The notes under the pieces: generated by a model
The model's database searches: none
What the model saw: the letters and a program-made list of their open reading frames with translations, nothing else
What the model was told of the DNA's origin: nothing
Program-made: the position numbers and the translations under genes
Source: a virus
DNA: 64,000 bases
IMG/VR virus record: IMGVR_UViG_3300027833_003138
Span: 76,315 to 140,314 of that record
Strand: one strand, 5' to 3'
Shown: positions 1 to 8,598 of the stretch, in pieces
Layout of the letters: each line of letters starts with the position of its first letter
How positions within the stretch are numbered: position 1 is the first letter of the stretch

Positions 1-1655
1 TGCTTTGTTGTTAGATTTGAACCCAGTTTTAACATAAAGGATTTTTTGGTTATATTTGAAATTATATATGGAACTACATACTTTCCGCCTTCTATGTTGA
101 TTGAAATATTTGGAGGCTCATCATACTCAAGGGGGAAAAAGATTTCTTGGGTTGGTTCATCTTCTTTTGGTTGAAAATAAAATCTCTGCATTCCGTGTCT
201 GTTAGCTCCTGGATCCATAGGAGAAACGTAAGGGAAATCATCATAGCTTAATTCTATTTTTCCTTGCATTATTGAGGAACATATTGCTGTCGTATGAACT
301 GTGTATTCATCAGACGGAAGTATATTCGAGAATTGCATATAAAATTCGTGGCGATTTCCGTCTTGAAGTATAAATGGAACAATAATGTTTCCGTTACAAT
401 TTTCAACACTTACATTTAAGATGGGCTTCTCTTTAAAGGTTTTGGGTAAATTTATATGATACTTATCCTCCCCTCCTTGAATGACTGTTTTAAATGTGAC
501 TGTCTCGTCGTTACCTCCGAATACCTTGTTGAATCTTTTGCTGAATTCATCATAAACAAAAACGTTTTCCAGGAAGGAGTTCCCTGTCACAGACAACTCT
601 CCCATTGGTGTTTTATTATTAATTGCCAGTAGCCCTTCGTTGGTTAGCCTAGCATGCTCTTCTCCGGAGGTAAAAAGCGAAATATGATTTGATCCTGATT
701 CGTTTAATAATATTTTACAATATTCACCCGCCTCTAAGCGCGCTTCATTGTTTTTGAATTGAATAAAGGTGTCTCGATCTTCGTAATGGTATACATATTC
801 CCCTACGTAGATATCTCCTGCAGTTTTTTTATCTCCCAGTATGAAAGAGTTGCCTAGTTGTGTGAAGTCGCCAGTAATTGAGAAATCTCCTGACATCCTC
901 AAGTCACCATATCTCCAAGAGTCTCCGGAAATGCGGAATTCGCCCAATAAGTCCGAGTCGCCTATTCTGTAAAGGTCGCCATTTTGGCTTTCATTTCCTG
1001 TGTGCGCGATGTCTCCTAAAATTAACTCGTTTCCATATAGAGAACGGTCCCCCGTTTGAGAAAAATTTCCCGTTAGATAAAAATCACCATCCATTCGCAT
1101 GTCCCCGAATCTCCAAGAGTCTCCGGTTATTCGAAGGTCTCCAAGCAGGTTAGAATCTCCTATTCTGTAAAAGTTCCCTTCTTGCCTGTGGTAGCCTGTG
1201 TTTGTTATGTCCCCGAGAAAACAAGAATCCCCCGAGATATGGAAGCGGTAAGAGGGTTCGCCATGTCTTTCGTGAAATAATGTTGATACTCCAATATTTT
1301 GAAAAAGACCAGATGTTCCGACGAAAATGTTTCCAGAAATGTCTCCAGTGAGCGTATTATCTAAGACTTCGTTTACATTTGTTCTGCTCAAAAAAGTACA
1401 TGGATCCGCAAAAATTTTACCGCCACTTATTAATTGCTTACCTGTTGATAGAAAGCTCTTATCGAGGATTGAGGATTTTAAGTGATTATAAGAGATATTT
1501 TCGTTAGAAAGGTTTTCTCTTGCAATCATGAAGGATGCGTTATTGTCCCCGCTGCCAGCTGGCGTAATTTTGGCTTGATGCGGAAACGGATGCACCAAAT
1601 AGTCGGAGTGGAGAATAAGGGATTCTTTTAATTCTGAGATTTTACTATTTGGCAT
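1..1655 (-). CDS. Virion fibre-like protein with Gly-Asp-rich beta repeats and C-terminal lectin/gp53-like modules; runs off the left edge (absent from the ORF track)
   Basis: Hand translation from ATG 1655 (MPNSKISELKESLILHSDY...) stays open to the window edge. It has repeats RIGDSNLLGDLRITGDSWRFGDMRMDGDF / RIGDSDLLGEFRISGDSWRYGDLRMSGDF and two modules LPKTFKEKPILNVVVE / FPLEYDEPPNISINIE. A GTGTA motif lies upstream. Confidence 0.75.
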   Translation of the reverse strand, partial: MPNSKISELKESLILHSDYLVHPFPHQAKITPAGSGDNNASFMIARENLSNENISYNHLKSSILDKSFLSTGKQLISGGKIFADPCTFLSRTNVNEVLDNTLTGDISGNIFVGTSGLFQNIGVSTLFHERHGEPSYRFHISGDSCFLGDITNTGYHRQEGNFYRIGDSNLLGDLRITGDSWRFGDMRMDGDFYLTGNFSQTGDRSLYGNELILGDIAHTGNESQNGDLYRIGDSDLLGEFRISGDSWRYGDLRMSGDFSITGDFTQLGNSFILGDKKTAGDIYVGEYVYHYEDRDTFIQFKNNEARLEAGEYCKILLNESGSNHISLFTSGEEHARLTNEGLLAINNKTPMGELSVTGNSFLENVFVYDEFSKRFNKVFGGNDETVTFKTVIQGGEDKYHINLPKTFKEKPILNVSVENCNGNIIVPFILQDGNRHEFYMQFSNILPSDEYTVHTTAICSSIMQGKIELSYDDFPYVSPMDPGANRHGMQRFYFQPKEDEPTQEIFFPLEYDEPPNISINIEGGKYVVPYIISNITKKSFMLKLGSNLTTK

Positions 1656-1671
1656 GACGGTCTTTTGTAAA

Positions 1672-1695
1672 TACACTTAATTGATAAAAGGTGTA
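1672..1695. promoter_or_regulatory. Divergent pair of GTGTA putative late-promoter motifs
   Basis: TACAC at 1672-1676 (minus, upstream of ATG 1655) and GTGTA at 1691-1695 (plus, upstream of ATG 1705); the motif recurs before many structural genes. Confidence 0.6.
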
Positions 1696-1704
1696 CTCTA
1701 TTTA

Positions 1705-2823
1705 ATGGGTAAATCCAAAGTAGATCGAATAAGTTACGAAAGGTTTGGGGTTTTAATAACTGATTTTCCTGGATACAAGGACACAGCTTCAACCTCTGGG
1801 GATTTAACCAGAGTGCAGAGCCTGGAGTATAGCTTTTCTCACCCAGCTTTAGACGTAAAGGCGATCGGTTCCGATATACTGGTCTCTCAGGACGATGAAT
1901 CTCCAATTATTCGTCAACCAGAAATCGATTGCAGTATGTCGTATATATTTTCCAGCGGAGAAAACGAAGAAGTATTAGGTTTTTATCTTGGGTCTGACGG
2001 CAGCGTGTTAAAGAATTTTTATAATACCCAAGGAACTGATGATGTTAATTTATTCTTGGTTGCCGACGCAGGAGGTTGCGGCCATAGGGATTTAAATAAC
2101 GTAACAGATCAACAGGGGTTTTCTGGTTATAATGTAGTAGGTTTTGGTAATTCTTTTTTAAAAACTTACGAATACTCAGCCTCTGTCGGACAGCTTCCTG
2201 TTTGCTCTGTATCTTTTCTTTGTAGTAATATGAGGTTTGATGAATATAAAGAACATGATCCTCCTCATTTTCCGTCCATAAAACTTGGAATAGAAAACGA
2301 GCCTTCGGAGGAAAGACTGGTTTTAAACGAAGACTCTTTGAATCCTCATACAGATAATGATGTACCAGCAATAATGCCTGGGGGAATCATAATAAATATA
2401 ACCAAAAACGCAGGAGCCCACGGAGGAGCGGTTCTAGACGATGTGGAAGCTGCTATACAAAACATAAACATAAACCTTCCAATCCCTAGACAGGATATTT
2501 ATGGCTTTGGAAGTAATTATGTGTTCGACCGAAAACTTAAGTTTCCTGTGATTGGGTCCGTATCTATGGATATGACTCTTAGAGAATTTTATACAGGAGA
2601 GATAGACTCTTTTTTTACGCAAGGATCAAGATACGATATGATAATATCTCACACAGAAAGAGACGGATCTGGAGGAATAACCAATATAAATTCTTTTAAA
2701 ATTGAAAACGCTCAATTGAAACAACAAAGCTACTCTCAGGCAATTGGAACAGACGCTTCGGTAAGTTCTTCTTTTTCGTTTGGAGTTACTGCTAGCGGGG
2801 GCTTAAAGTTCTACAGAGCTTAA
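1705..2823 (+). CDS. Tail-tube-like protein (paralogue of 3014-4393)
   Basis: Shares RVQSLEYSFS, GFGNSFLKTYEYSASVGQLP, IPRQDIYGFG and FPVIGSVS with the 459-aa protein. ATG 1705 is preferred over TTG 1681 because GTGTA lies between them. Confidence 0.6.
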   Translation: MGKSKVDRISYERFGVLITDFPGYKDTASTSGDLTRVQSLEYSFSHPALDVKAIGSDILVSQDDESPIIRQPEIDCSMSYIFSSGENEEVLGFYLGSDGSVLKNFYNTQGTDDVNLFLVADAGGCGHRDLNNVTDQQGFSGYNVVGFGNSFLKTYEYSASVGQLPVCSVSFLCSNMRFDEYKEHDPPHFPSIKLGIENEPSEERLVLNEDSLNPHTDNDVPAIMPGGIIINITKNAGAHGGAVLDDVEAAIQNININLPIPRQDIYGFGSNYVFDRKLKFPVIGSVSMDMTLREFYTGEIDSFFTQGSRYDMIISHTERDGSGGITNINSFKIENAQLKQQSYSQAIGTDASVSSSFSFGVTASGGLKFYRA

Positions 2824-2831
2824 ATTAAAAA

Positions 2832-2857
2832 TGTTCGTTCGTTTTAACGAGCGAACA
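2832..2857. terminator. Hairpin downstream of the 1705-2823 gene; followed by a U-tract on the minus strand
   Basis: TGTTCGTTCGTT-TT-AACGAGCGAACA inverted repeat; the minus strand continues ATTTTT. Confidence 0.5.
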
Positions 2858-2961
2858 ACCTCGGAGTATACTATTATTTCCCTAAGCGTAGCCTACTCAT
2901 GCTCACTTTTCATCGGCTAGAGGAATCGATATATTATAATATGCTCTTTATGAGTAAATTC

Positions 2962-2994
2962 AAAAAAACCCGCCCCTTTTTTAAGGGGCAGGCT
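2962..2994 (-). terminator. Rho-independent terminator of the major tail tube gene
   Basis: Minus strand reads GCCTGCCCCTT-AAAA-AAGGGGCGGGT then a T-run, about 20 nt after the stop at 3014. Confidence 0.8.
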
Positions 2995-3013
2995 TTAAAG
3001 AATTAATTATTAA

Positions 3014-4393
3014 TTAGGCGAATTTACCAGTGATGGTGAGAGCATTCCTTGAGCCGAGTATCCTCAAACCTCTTGCGAGATCTTCGGGTCCGCCGACTTG
3101 AGCAGTAAATGTTAAATCTACTGATTTATTATCCCCAATTGAGGAACTGAAAGATTCTCCTTCTAGCAGTGCGCCTTTAACTATATACTGCATCGCAACA
3201 GAGCCTGTCCCGTATTGGTTTGGTTCTCTAAGAGTGAATACTAGATCATGCTCCTCTGTGTTCCATATGAGATCCGCTACGTTTCCAGCTTTAAGATCTG
3301 CCATAATAGCGTTTACGCTAACAGAAATATTTAAAGGGTAATCAACAACTCTTGAGTATCCATAAGGAGTTCCAAGTCTGTTAAGAACTGTTCTTGACAT
3401 CGGAACATCGATACTAAAGCTTTGGACGTGAGCTGAGCCATCAACGGTATAATCATGCATTGGATTATCGTTGACGCCCTGGTAGCCAGCACCTGTAGAG
3501 ATATCAAAACCACCCGCTGTTCTTCCATAACCAAGATCTCCTCGAGGATCGTTCCCTGGAAGAAGCTCGAACTCTGCAGCTCTTCCGTCTGTTCCTAGGG
3601 ACATTGTTATGTCTCCAGGACGCAAGCAGGACCAACCTTCTTCTTCGGTATCTAAACCTCCTGCAGCACTGTCGTTAAGAACACCGCTAACTGCCGGAGG
3701 AATATCAAAATGTATGTCTGAAATTGGAATCCCAAAATTAGAATTTACTGCCGGAATGTCTAAGCCTGTGCTTCCAACGTAACTCTTTAAATTTAATCCA
3801 TCAACAGTAACATTTGCGGTTGGCATACTTCCCACAGAGGCTTCTATGGAATAGTTCGAAACATAACCGTTTCCTAATGCAATAACGCTTTTGCCGTCAT
3901 CCATGTCTTGATTGCCTACTGCATCGTGACCTTCGCAGGTAGTTAATATAAAAAAGTTTTTTCCATCTGCATTAATGTTTTGTCCGCACTCAGTACCGCC
4001 GATAATATCATCCGCTAAGGCGCTTGAAGTTCCGTCAACATTCATTCCTAGAATTCTTTCGTTAATGCCATTTGTCAGGTAGTAAGAAAAATCAAGAGTT
4101 ACTGTCGGCGGTTCAATGGAAACAGAATCAATTCTAGCTAACTGTCCAAATTGATTAACATCTTGCCGATTAACGCTAAAACTATAATTTGCATTTTGTA
4201 CTCTGCGCAACTGCTCGATTCCTGTTCTGACTTCGTAGCCAGCTGGAACGTCTGCGAGTTTCGCCACTCCTGATTTTGTTGACCAAGCGTCATTAGAAAC
4301 GCTAAAATGGTGCCCTGTAGCATTTACCGTTCCAGCATATAATGCTTCACTCTGGTAAATTACTCTTGCTCGTCCTGGTAAATTTTGTGCCAT
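3014..4393 (-). CDS. Probable major tail tube protein
   Basis: 459 aa, acidic and beta-rich; lies after the neck/terminator genes and near the chaperones and TMP; has its own promoter motif and strong terminator. Confidence 0.6.
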   Translation of the reverse strand: MAQNLPGRARVIYQSEALYAGTVNATGHHFSVSNDAWSTKSGVAKLADVPAGYEVRTGIEQLRRVQNANYSFSVNRQDVNQFGQLARIDSVSIEPPTVTLDFSYYLTNGINERILGMNVDGTSSALADDIIGGTECGQNINADGKNFFILTTCEGHDAVGNQDMDDGKSVIALGNGYVSNYSIEASVGSMPTANVTVDGLNLKSYVGSTGLDIPAVNSNFGIPISDIHFDIPPAVSGVLNDSAAGGLDTEEEGWSCLRPGDITMSLGTDGRAAEFELLPGNDPRGDLGYGRTAGGFDISTGAGYQGVNDNPMHDYTVDGSAHVQSFSIDVPMSRTVLNRLGTPYGYSRVVDYPLNISVSVNAIMADLKAGNVADLIWNTEEHDLVFTLREPNQYGTGSVAMQYIVKGALLEGESFSSSIGDNKSVDLTFTAQVGGPEDLARGLRILGSRNALTITGKFA

Positions 4394-4455
4394 AATATTT
4401 ATTAATAAGATTAGATTCTGTTTCTATTACATTTTTTGTATAAAAAAGGGAAGTT

Positions 4456-5307
4456 TTAAGAAAAGCGAGGATACCTTAGGTTGGTTATTTCGAAATCTAT
4501 AAAGCCTACAAAAAGAGATGGGTCTATATTTTTGCTTATTCTGTCGCTTAATTTTGAAACTCTCGCCTCTTCTATATGAAAAAAAGTTTCTCGTTTTGAT
4601 GTTGCAAGCTCTTTATAATTAAAACCTGTAGTGTCTCCGTATTCTGTTAGCGGAAAATCTTCAAAACCTAATTTAGCAAAGACTTCGTTTTTTGAATCTG
4701 CGAATACAGATAAAGCTCCATCAAGCTGATATGTATTTTCTGCAAAAACAACGCAACGAATACTTGTGGTGGTTTTATCTTCTCCTCCGAATGCAAACGG
4801 TTCATTTTCTGCCATTTCCGAGTTTACAAAAATTGCAGGTATGACTTGTTTATAAGGCTCAATTCCTCCTAGCGACTGCTTGAATCTGCTATTTGAATCA
4901 AATTTACTTTCAACTATCAATTGCTCTTCTGTTTGATTTGTTATATAAAAGTTAAAATCTTTTACTGTATAATCTCCACTTAATGTAGTTTTATTTGCTC
5001 CAAAACTTGAATCGAATATCACTCGCCCATTGTCAAAATCAATTTTTAATCCGTCTTGCCCTCTTGGAACGAATGTTCCATTGTCGTAAACGCCGCTAGG
5101 TATGTTCGCCCCCTCTATGCTTTCGTCGCTAACCCATTGCTTGTAGGGGCTATTGTAAGACACCAACCCAGGGCCAAGCCTCGCGTCTCCGGTGTCTGCA
5201 TAAAAATCAGACGACTTGCTTGAGAATGCGTCCGCTTTTTTAGTTATAAAATTGTCAGCCCATAAGACAAAACTTGTAGTAACTTGATGTTGGAATTGTG
5301 GCTTCAT
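4456..5307 (-). CDS. Putative neck / tail terminator protein
   Basis: 283 aa; IDFDNGRVIF and C-terminal PAIFV..E.EPFAFGG; located between the tail completion and tube genes. Confidence 0.4.
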   Translation of the reverse strand: MKPQFQHQVTTSFVLWADNFITKKADAFSSKSSDFYADTGDARLGPGLVSYNSPYKQWVSDESIEGANIPSGVYDNGTFVPRGQDGLKIDFDNGRVIFDSSFGANKTTLSGDYTVKDFNFYITNQTEEQLIVESKFDSNSRFKQSLGGIEPYKQVIPAIFVNSEMAENEPFAFGGEDKTTTSIRCVVFAENTYQLDGALSVFADSKNEVFAKLGFEDFPLTEYGDTTGFNYKELATSKRETFFHIEEARVSKLSDRISKNIDPSLFVGFIDFEITNLRYPRFS

Positions 5308-5931
5308 TTAAAAATAAGATTTAGATAATCTTGTTGCAGATAGGGTGTTTAAGTTGGTTTCAAAATCTTTCAATAAAGGTTTTATATATTGTTTTTTTAA
5401 GCTGCCTCCCGACTCCCTGCCGGATTGGATTCCCGCTCCTGATCGTCCTGCTGGAGGGCTTTGTGCGTGCATGTATTGACCTAAATTAGCTATGCCTTGA
5501 CCTTCTAGCTGCTGTAGCCAGCTTGCTCCTTTTGCCCAAGGCAATGGGGTGGCTGCATAAAGATCTTTTAATGTTGGTATATTTACCGCAAAACTCCAAA
5601 CAAAACCAAAAGATCCAAACTTTCTTCTTTTTATTAATATATTTGTGCGCTGTAAAAGATTTTGTAATTCATATACTGGATCATCTCCAATTTCAAAACC
5701 TATAAATCCAAATAAGTTTCCTTCTGGTAAAGTTCCGCTTAAATTTTTAGAAGCGGGGCCTCTTTTTAGCTCTCTTGTTATTGCGTGGGATTCAAAATCT
5801 TGCATTAATTTTCCATGAGCCACTTTGAATTGAGATTCAATTATTAATCTTCCTTCATTTATCAATTGTTTGTTTTTTCGAATTTCAAGATCTAATGCCC
5901 TCTTGACTCCTTTGTCTATCATCTTGGCCAT
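5308..5931 (-). CDS. Putative tail completion / neck protein
   Basis: 207 aa, basic; position in the head-tail joining gene string. Confidence 0.35.
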   Translation of the reverse strand: MAKMIDKGVKRALDLEIRKNKQLINEGRLIIESQFKVAHGKLMQDFESHAITRELKRGPASKNLSGTLPEGNLFGFIGFEIGDDPVYELQNLLQRTNILIKRRKFGSFGFVWSFAVNIPTLKDLYAATPLPWAKGASWLQQLEGQGIANLGQYMHAQSPPAGRSGAGIQSGRESGGSLKKQYIKPLLKDFETNLNTLSATRLSKSYF

Positions 5932-6389
5932 TACTCTATGGGTCTTAATAGCAGTGAATAAAATTGTATAACATCAAAAAGTCCGTGAGCTCTTGGGTCA
6001 GAATCTACGTGAAACATTCTTCCGTCAAGCTCGATTCTTTTTGCCTCTTTAATGTACGCATAGTCTTCAGCTTTTAATTTGATCCTTACTAAACTACTTC
6101 CATCTGGTCGGCTTACTTTTATTTGAGCTCCAGCTTCTCCGAAATTTTCCAAACTTCTATCCGAATCGTATCTAATTCTCGCTTTAAATATTTTCTTTAC
6201 AGGGATATTCTCCACGCTTGTGGTGGAAGCTCCGCCTGTTCCGTAAAGATAATTAAAATTAGGGTCTGTGCTAACTATAACTTTTTGAGCTTCTTTATAT
6301 ACAACAATGTCTCTTCCGAATGTATCATGAAGATCTAACAAGTTCGCTGCCACGCTTGCTCTTTCTGCCGCTGTCAATAATTCTGCCAT
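5931..6389 (-). CDS. Putative head-closure / head-tail joining protein
   Basis: Start moved to ATG 6389 (MAELLTAAER), just downstream of GTGTAA; beta-rich C-terminus RIELDGRMFHV. Confidence 0.4.
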   Translation of the reverse strand: MAELLTAAERASVAANLLDLHDTFGRDIVVYKEAQKVIVSTDPNFNYLYGTGGASTTSVENIPVKKIFKARIRYDSDRSLENFGEAGAQIKVSRPDGSSLVRIKLKAEDYAYIKEAKRIELDGRMFHVDSDPRAHGLFDVIQFYSLLLRPIE

Positions 6390-6398
6390 GAATACTTT

Positions 6399-6423
6399 TA
6401 CACTAAAGATTTTTTTTTGTGTA
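6399..6423. promoter_or_regulatory. Divergent pair of GTGTA motifs
   Basis: TACAC 6399-6403 (minus) and GTGTA 6419-6423 (plus) separated by a T-tract. Confidence 0.6.
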
Positions 6424-6461
6424 TATCGATACAGGTACAAGGATCTACAACAATAATACAT

Positions 6462-6749
6462 ATGGAAGCAGAAGACATTTTTAAAAAATGTTGCCACAGG
6501 AATACGGTTTCCCTTTTTAAGGGTTTCCTCGTTATGCTTGAGGATTTACATAAGGAGCATCAAATTAATTTTAATAAATTAAGAAATAATTTGCCAGAGG
6601 GTTGCGTGCCAGTTGTGGATCAAGCTGACTACTTCAGTTTAGATAAGTTGCAGCACCTAAGAAAAAGAACTTTAGATATTGGCAATGAAACTATTAGAAA
6701 TATCGAAATGGATTTAGATAATTATACCATAGGCTTTACATTTAAATAA
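6462..6749 (+). CDS. Hypothetical protein
   Basis: ATG 6462 after an A-rich leader; abuts the next gene. Confidence 0.6.
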   Translation: MEAEDIFKKCCHRNTVSLFKGFLVMLEDLHKEHQINFNKLRNNLPEGCVPVVDQADYFSLDKLQHLRKRTLDIGNETIRNIEMDLDNYTIGFTFK

Positions 6750-6758
6750 AATAAAATT

Positions 6759-7568
6759 ATGTCAGACACAGCAACCCCAACAATAAACGATACCCGCAAA
6801 AAACTGCGTGAAATTTACAGCTTCACTTTTGAAAAAGAAGAGAAGGTCAAGAAAACAGAGACGAGCAAAGTCAAGAACGAAGAAACCGGCGAAGAGGAAG
6901 AAGTTTCTGTAACCAAGGAAGTGGTTGAGCCAATTCCTTATCGACTCATAATGAAGCAGCCAACTCGCAGACAAATAGAAGATGCCGAATTGGAATTTAG
7001 TGTCGAAATGAGTAATTGTATAAAGCGAGGAATTTTAACAAAAGCCATGCTCGCAAAAAAATACAGCGATACAGGTGGACTGCTTGCGGAAGAGGACGCA
7101 AAAGCTCTGACAAAAATGTACGTAAGGTATGGAGAATTCTCCCAGGAAAGCGAAAAGATTCAGATAAAAAATGTTAAAACAGAAAAGGATACAGCGCGAT
7201 TAAAGGAAATCGCTGGAGAGATAGCTCTTTTAAGGAAAGATATTATTAATGTCGAGACTTCATATTCTAACCTTTTCAACCACACCGCTGACGTAAGAGC
7301 CGAGAATAAAGTTATTCAATGGTATATTTTAAATCTCACTTTTGTTCAGAAGTCTGACGAAGAGGAAATATCTCCTTTATTTGAGGGTCGCGATTTTGAG
7401 CAAAAGCTTCAAACTTATTACGAGCTTGAGGAGGAGGGGAACGATCTTTATGATATAGTCGGAGGAAAGGTTGCCGCATTTTTTAGCTTTTGGTATTACA
7501 GTTCTGGCGCAGTTTCGAAACTAGATTTCGAAAAGCTAGACAAAGATATCGAGGACGGTAGTATTTAA
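6759..7568 (+). CDS. Putative tail assembly chaperone 1
   Basis: 269 aa, acidic and helical; two genes upstream of the TMP. Confidence 0.45.
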   Translation: MSDTATPTINDTRKKLREIYSFTFEKEEKVKKTETSKVKNEETGEEEEVSVTKEVVEPIPYRLIMKQPTRRQIEDAELEFSVEMSNCIKRGILTKAMLAKKYSDTGGLLAEEDAKALTKMYVRYGEFSQESEKIQIKNVKTEKDTARLKEIAGEIALLRKDIINVETSYSNLFNHTADVRAENKVIQWYILNLTFVQKSDEEEISPLFEGRDFEQKLQTYYELEEEGNDLYDIVGGKVAAFFSFWYYSSGAVSKLDFEKLDKDIEDGSI

Positions 7569-7573
7569 TATAT

Positions 7574-8560
7574 GTGGAAGCGGTCAAGCGCAGAAAGATA
7601 TTTAGGGATGTAGTTAGAGGTTACTCTTCCACAATTCTTGACGAGGACTTTGTTTACATCAAGCACTTGACTCCGCACGACCAAGTAGAGCTTGAAGAGA
7701 TAGAGGAAAAATATTTTAACGCAGCCCTTCGTCGGGGCGTGCCCACAGAAGAAGAGATGCTTGCTTTTTTAAAAGAAGAGGGAGACTGGGGAGACAAGGA
7801 CGAAAAATTCATAGAGGATAAGGAGTATTTTCTTGAAACTTTAAAGACCGCCAAAACAAAAATGGTTATCAAGAACCAGATTGACAAGCAAGAAAAAACA
7901 ATAGAAGAAGAAACCCTCGCACTGAATCAAAAACTCGCTCAGAGGATGTCTCTTGTTGGAAACACTTGCGAGAAATATGCAAAAGATAGATTAAATGATT
8001 TTTATATGATTAAAAGTTTTTATAAAGATAAAGATTTATTGATTCCTTTATTTGGTGAAGATGAATTTGATGAATTAGAGAATCAAGATTTAAAGAAAAT
8101 AGTTTCTCGTTATAACGATGTCTTTAAGAGCTTTAATGAAGAAAATATACAATATACTATATTAGAAGATTTTTATAATCCATATTTAAGTTTTGCTGAA
8201 GATAGTATGCAATTTTATGGAAAGCCGTTTTGTGATTTAACATACAATCAAATAAGATTAATTGTATATACTAGAGTATTTAAAAATATATTTGATAATA
8301 ATGAAAATATACCAGAGAATATAAGAAAAGATCCCGCGAAACTGTTAGACTTTGGAGGCTCCTCAAAAGAAGAGCGAGACAAAGCCAAAGACAAACTAAA
8401 TCAAGGTAGCGCTGGAACTCTAGTTGGGGCTAAGGATGAGGATTATGAGTATCTTGGGGTGGACAAGCCTAAGGGAGGAGTAAGTCTTCACGAAGAAGCC
8501 AAAAAGAAGGGCGGAACTTTAAATATGGAAGATTTAATGAAATTGCATGGAGTAGGATAG
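7574..8560 (+). CDS. Putative tail assembly chaperone 2
   Basis: 328 aa, charged and helical; immediately upstream of the TMP. Confidence 0.45.
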   Translation: MEAVKRRKIFRDVVRGYSSTILDEDFVYIKHLTPHDQVELEEIEEKYFNAALRRGVPTEEEMLAFLKEEGDWGDKDEKFIEDKEYFLETLKTAKTKMVIKNQIDKQEKTIEEETLALNQKLAQRMSLVGNTCEKYAKDRLNDFYMIKSFYKDKDLLIPLFGEDEFDELENQDLKKIVSRYNDVFKSFNEENIQYTILEDFYNPYLSFAEDSMQFYGKPFCDLTYNQIRLIVYTRVFKNIFDNNENIPENIRKDPAKLLDFGGSSKEERDKAKDKLNQGSAGTLVGAKDEDYEYLGVDKPKGGVSLHEEAKKKGGTLNMEDLMKLHGVG

Positions 8561-8565
8561 TTTTG

Positions 8566-8570
8566 GTGTA
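8566..8570 (+). promoter_or_regulatory. GTGTA putative late promoter of the TMP / tail tip operon
   Basis: GTGTA 28 nt before ATG 8599. Confidence 0.55.
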
Positions 8571-8598
8571 TTAATACCTTATAACGGAATAAGGTAAT

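Noticed and set aside
2860-2930. Hammerhead ribozyme or tRNA in the intergenic gap
   Set aside because: It has CCGATGA rather than the CTGATGA core, and no cloverleaf or T-loop; kept only as a generic sRNA candidate.
7470-7580. Lambda G/GT-type -1 frameshift between the two chaperone ORFs
   Set aside because: The second ORF is in the -1 frame, but that frame has a TAG at 7559-7561 and no in-phase slippery heptamer follows it.
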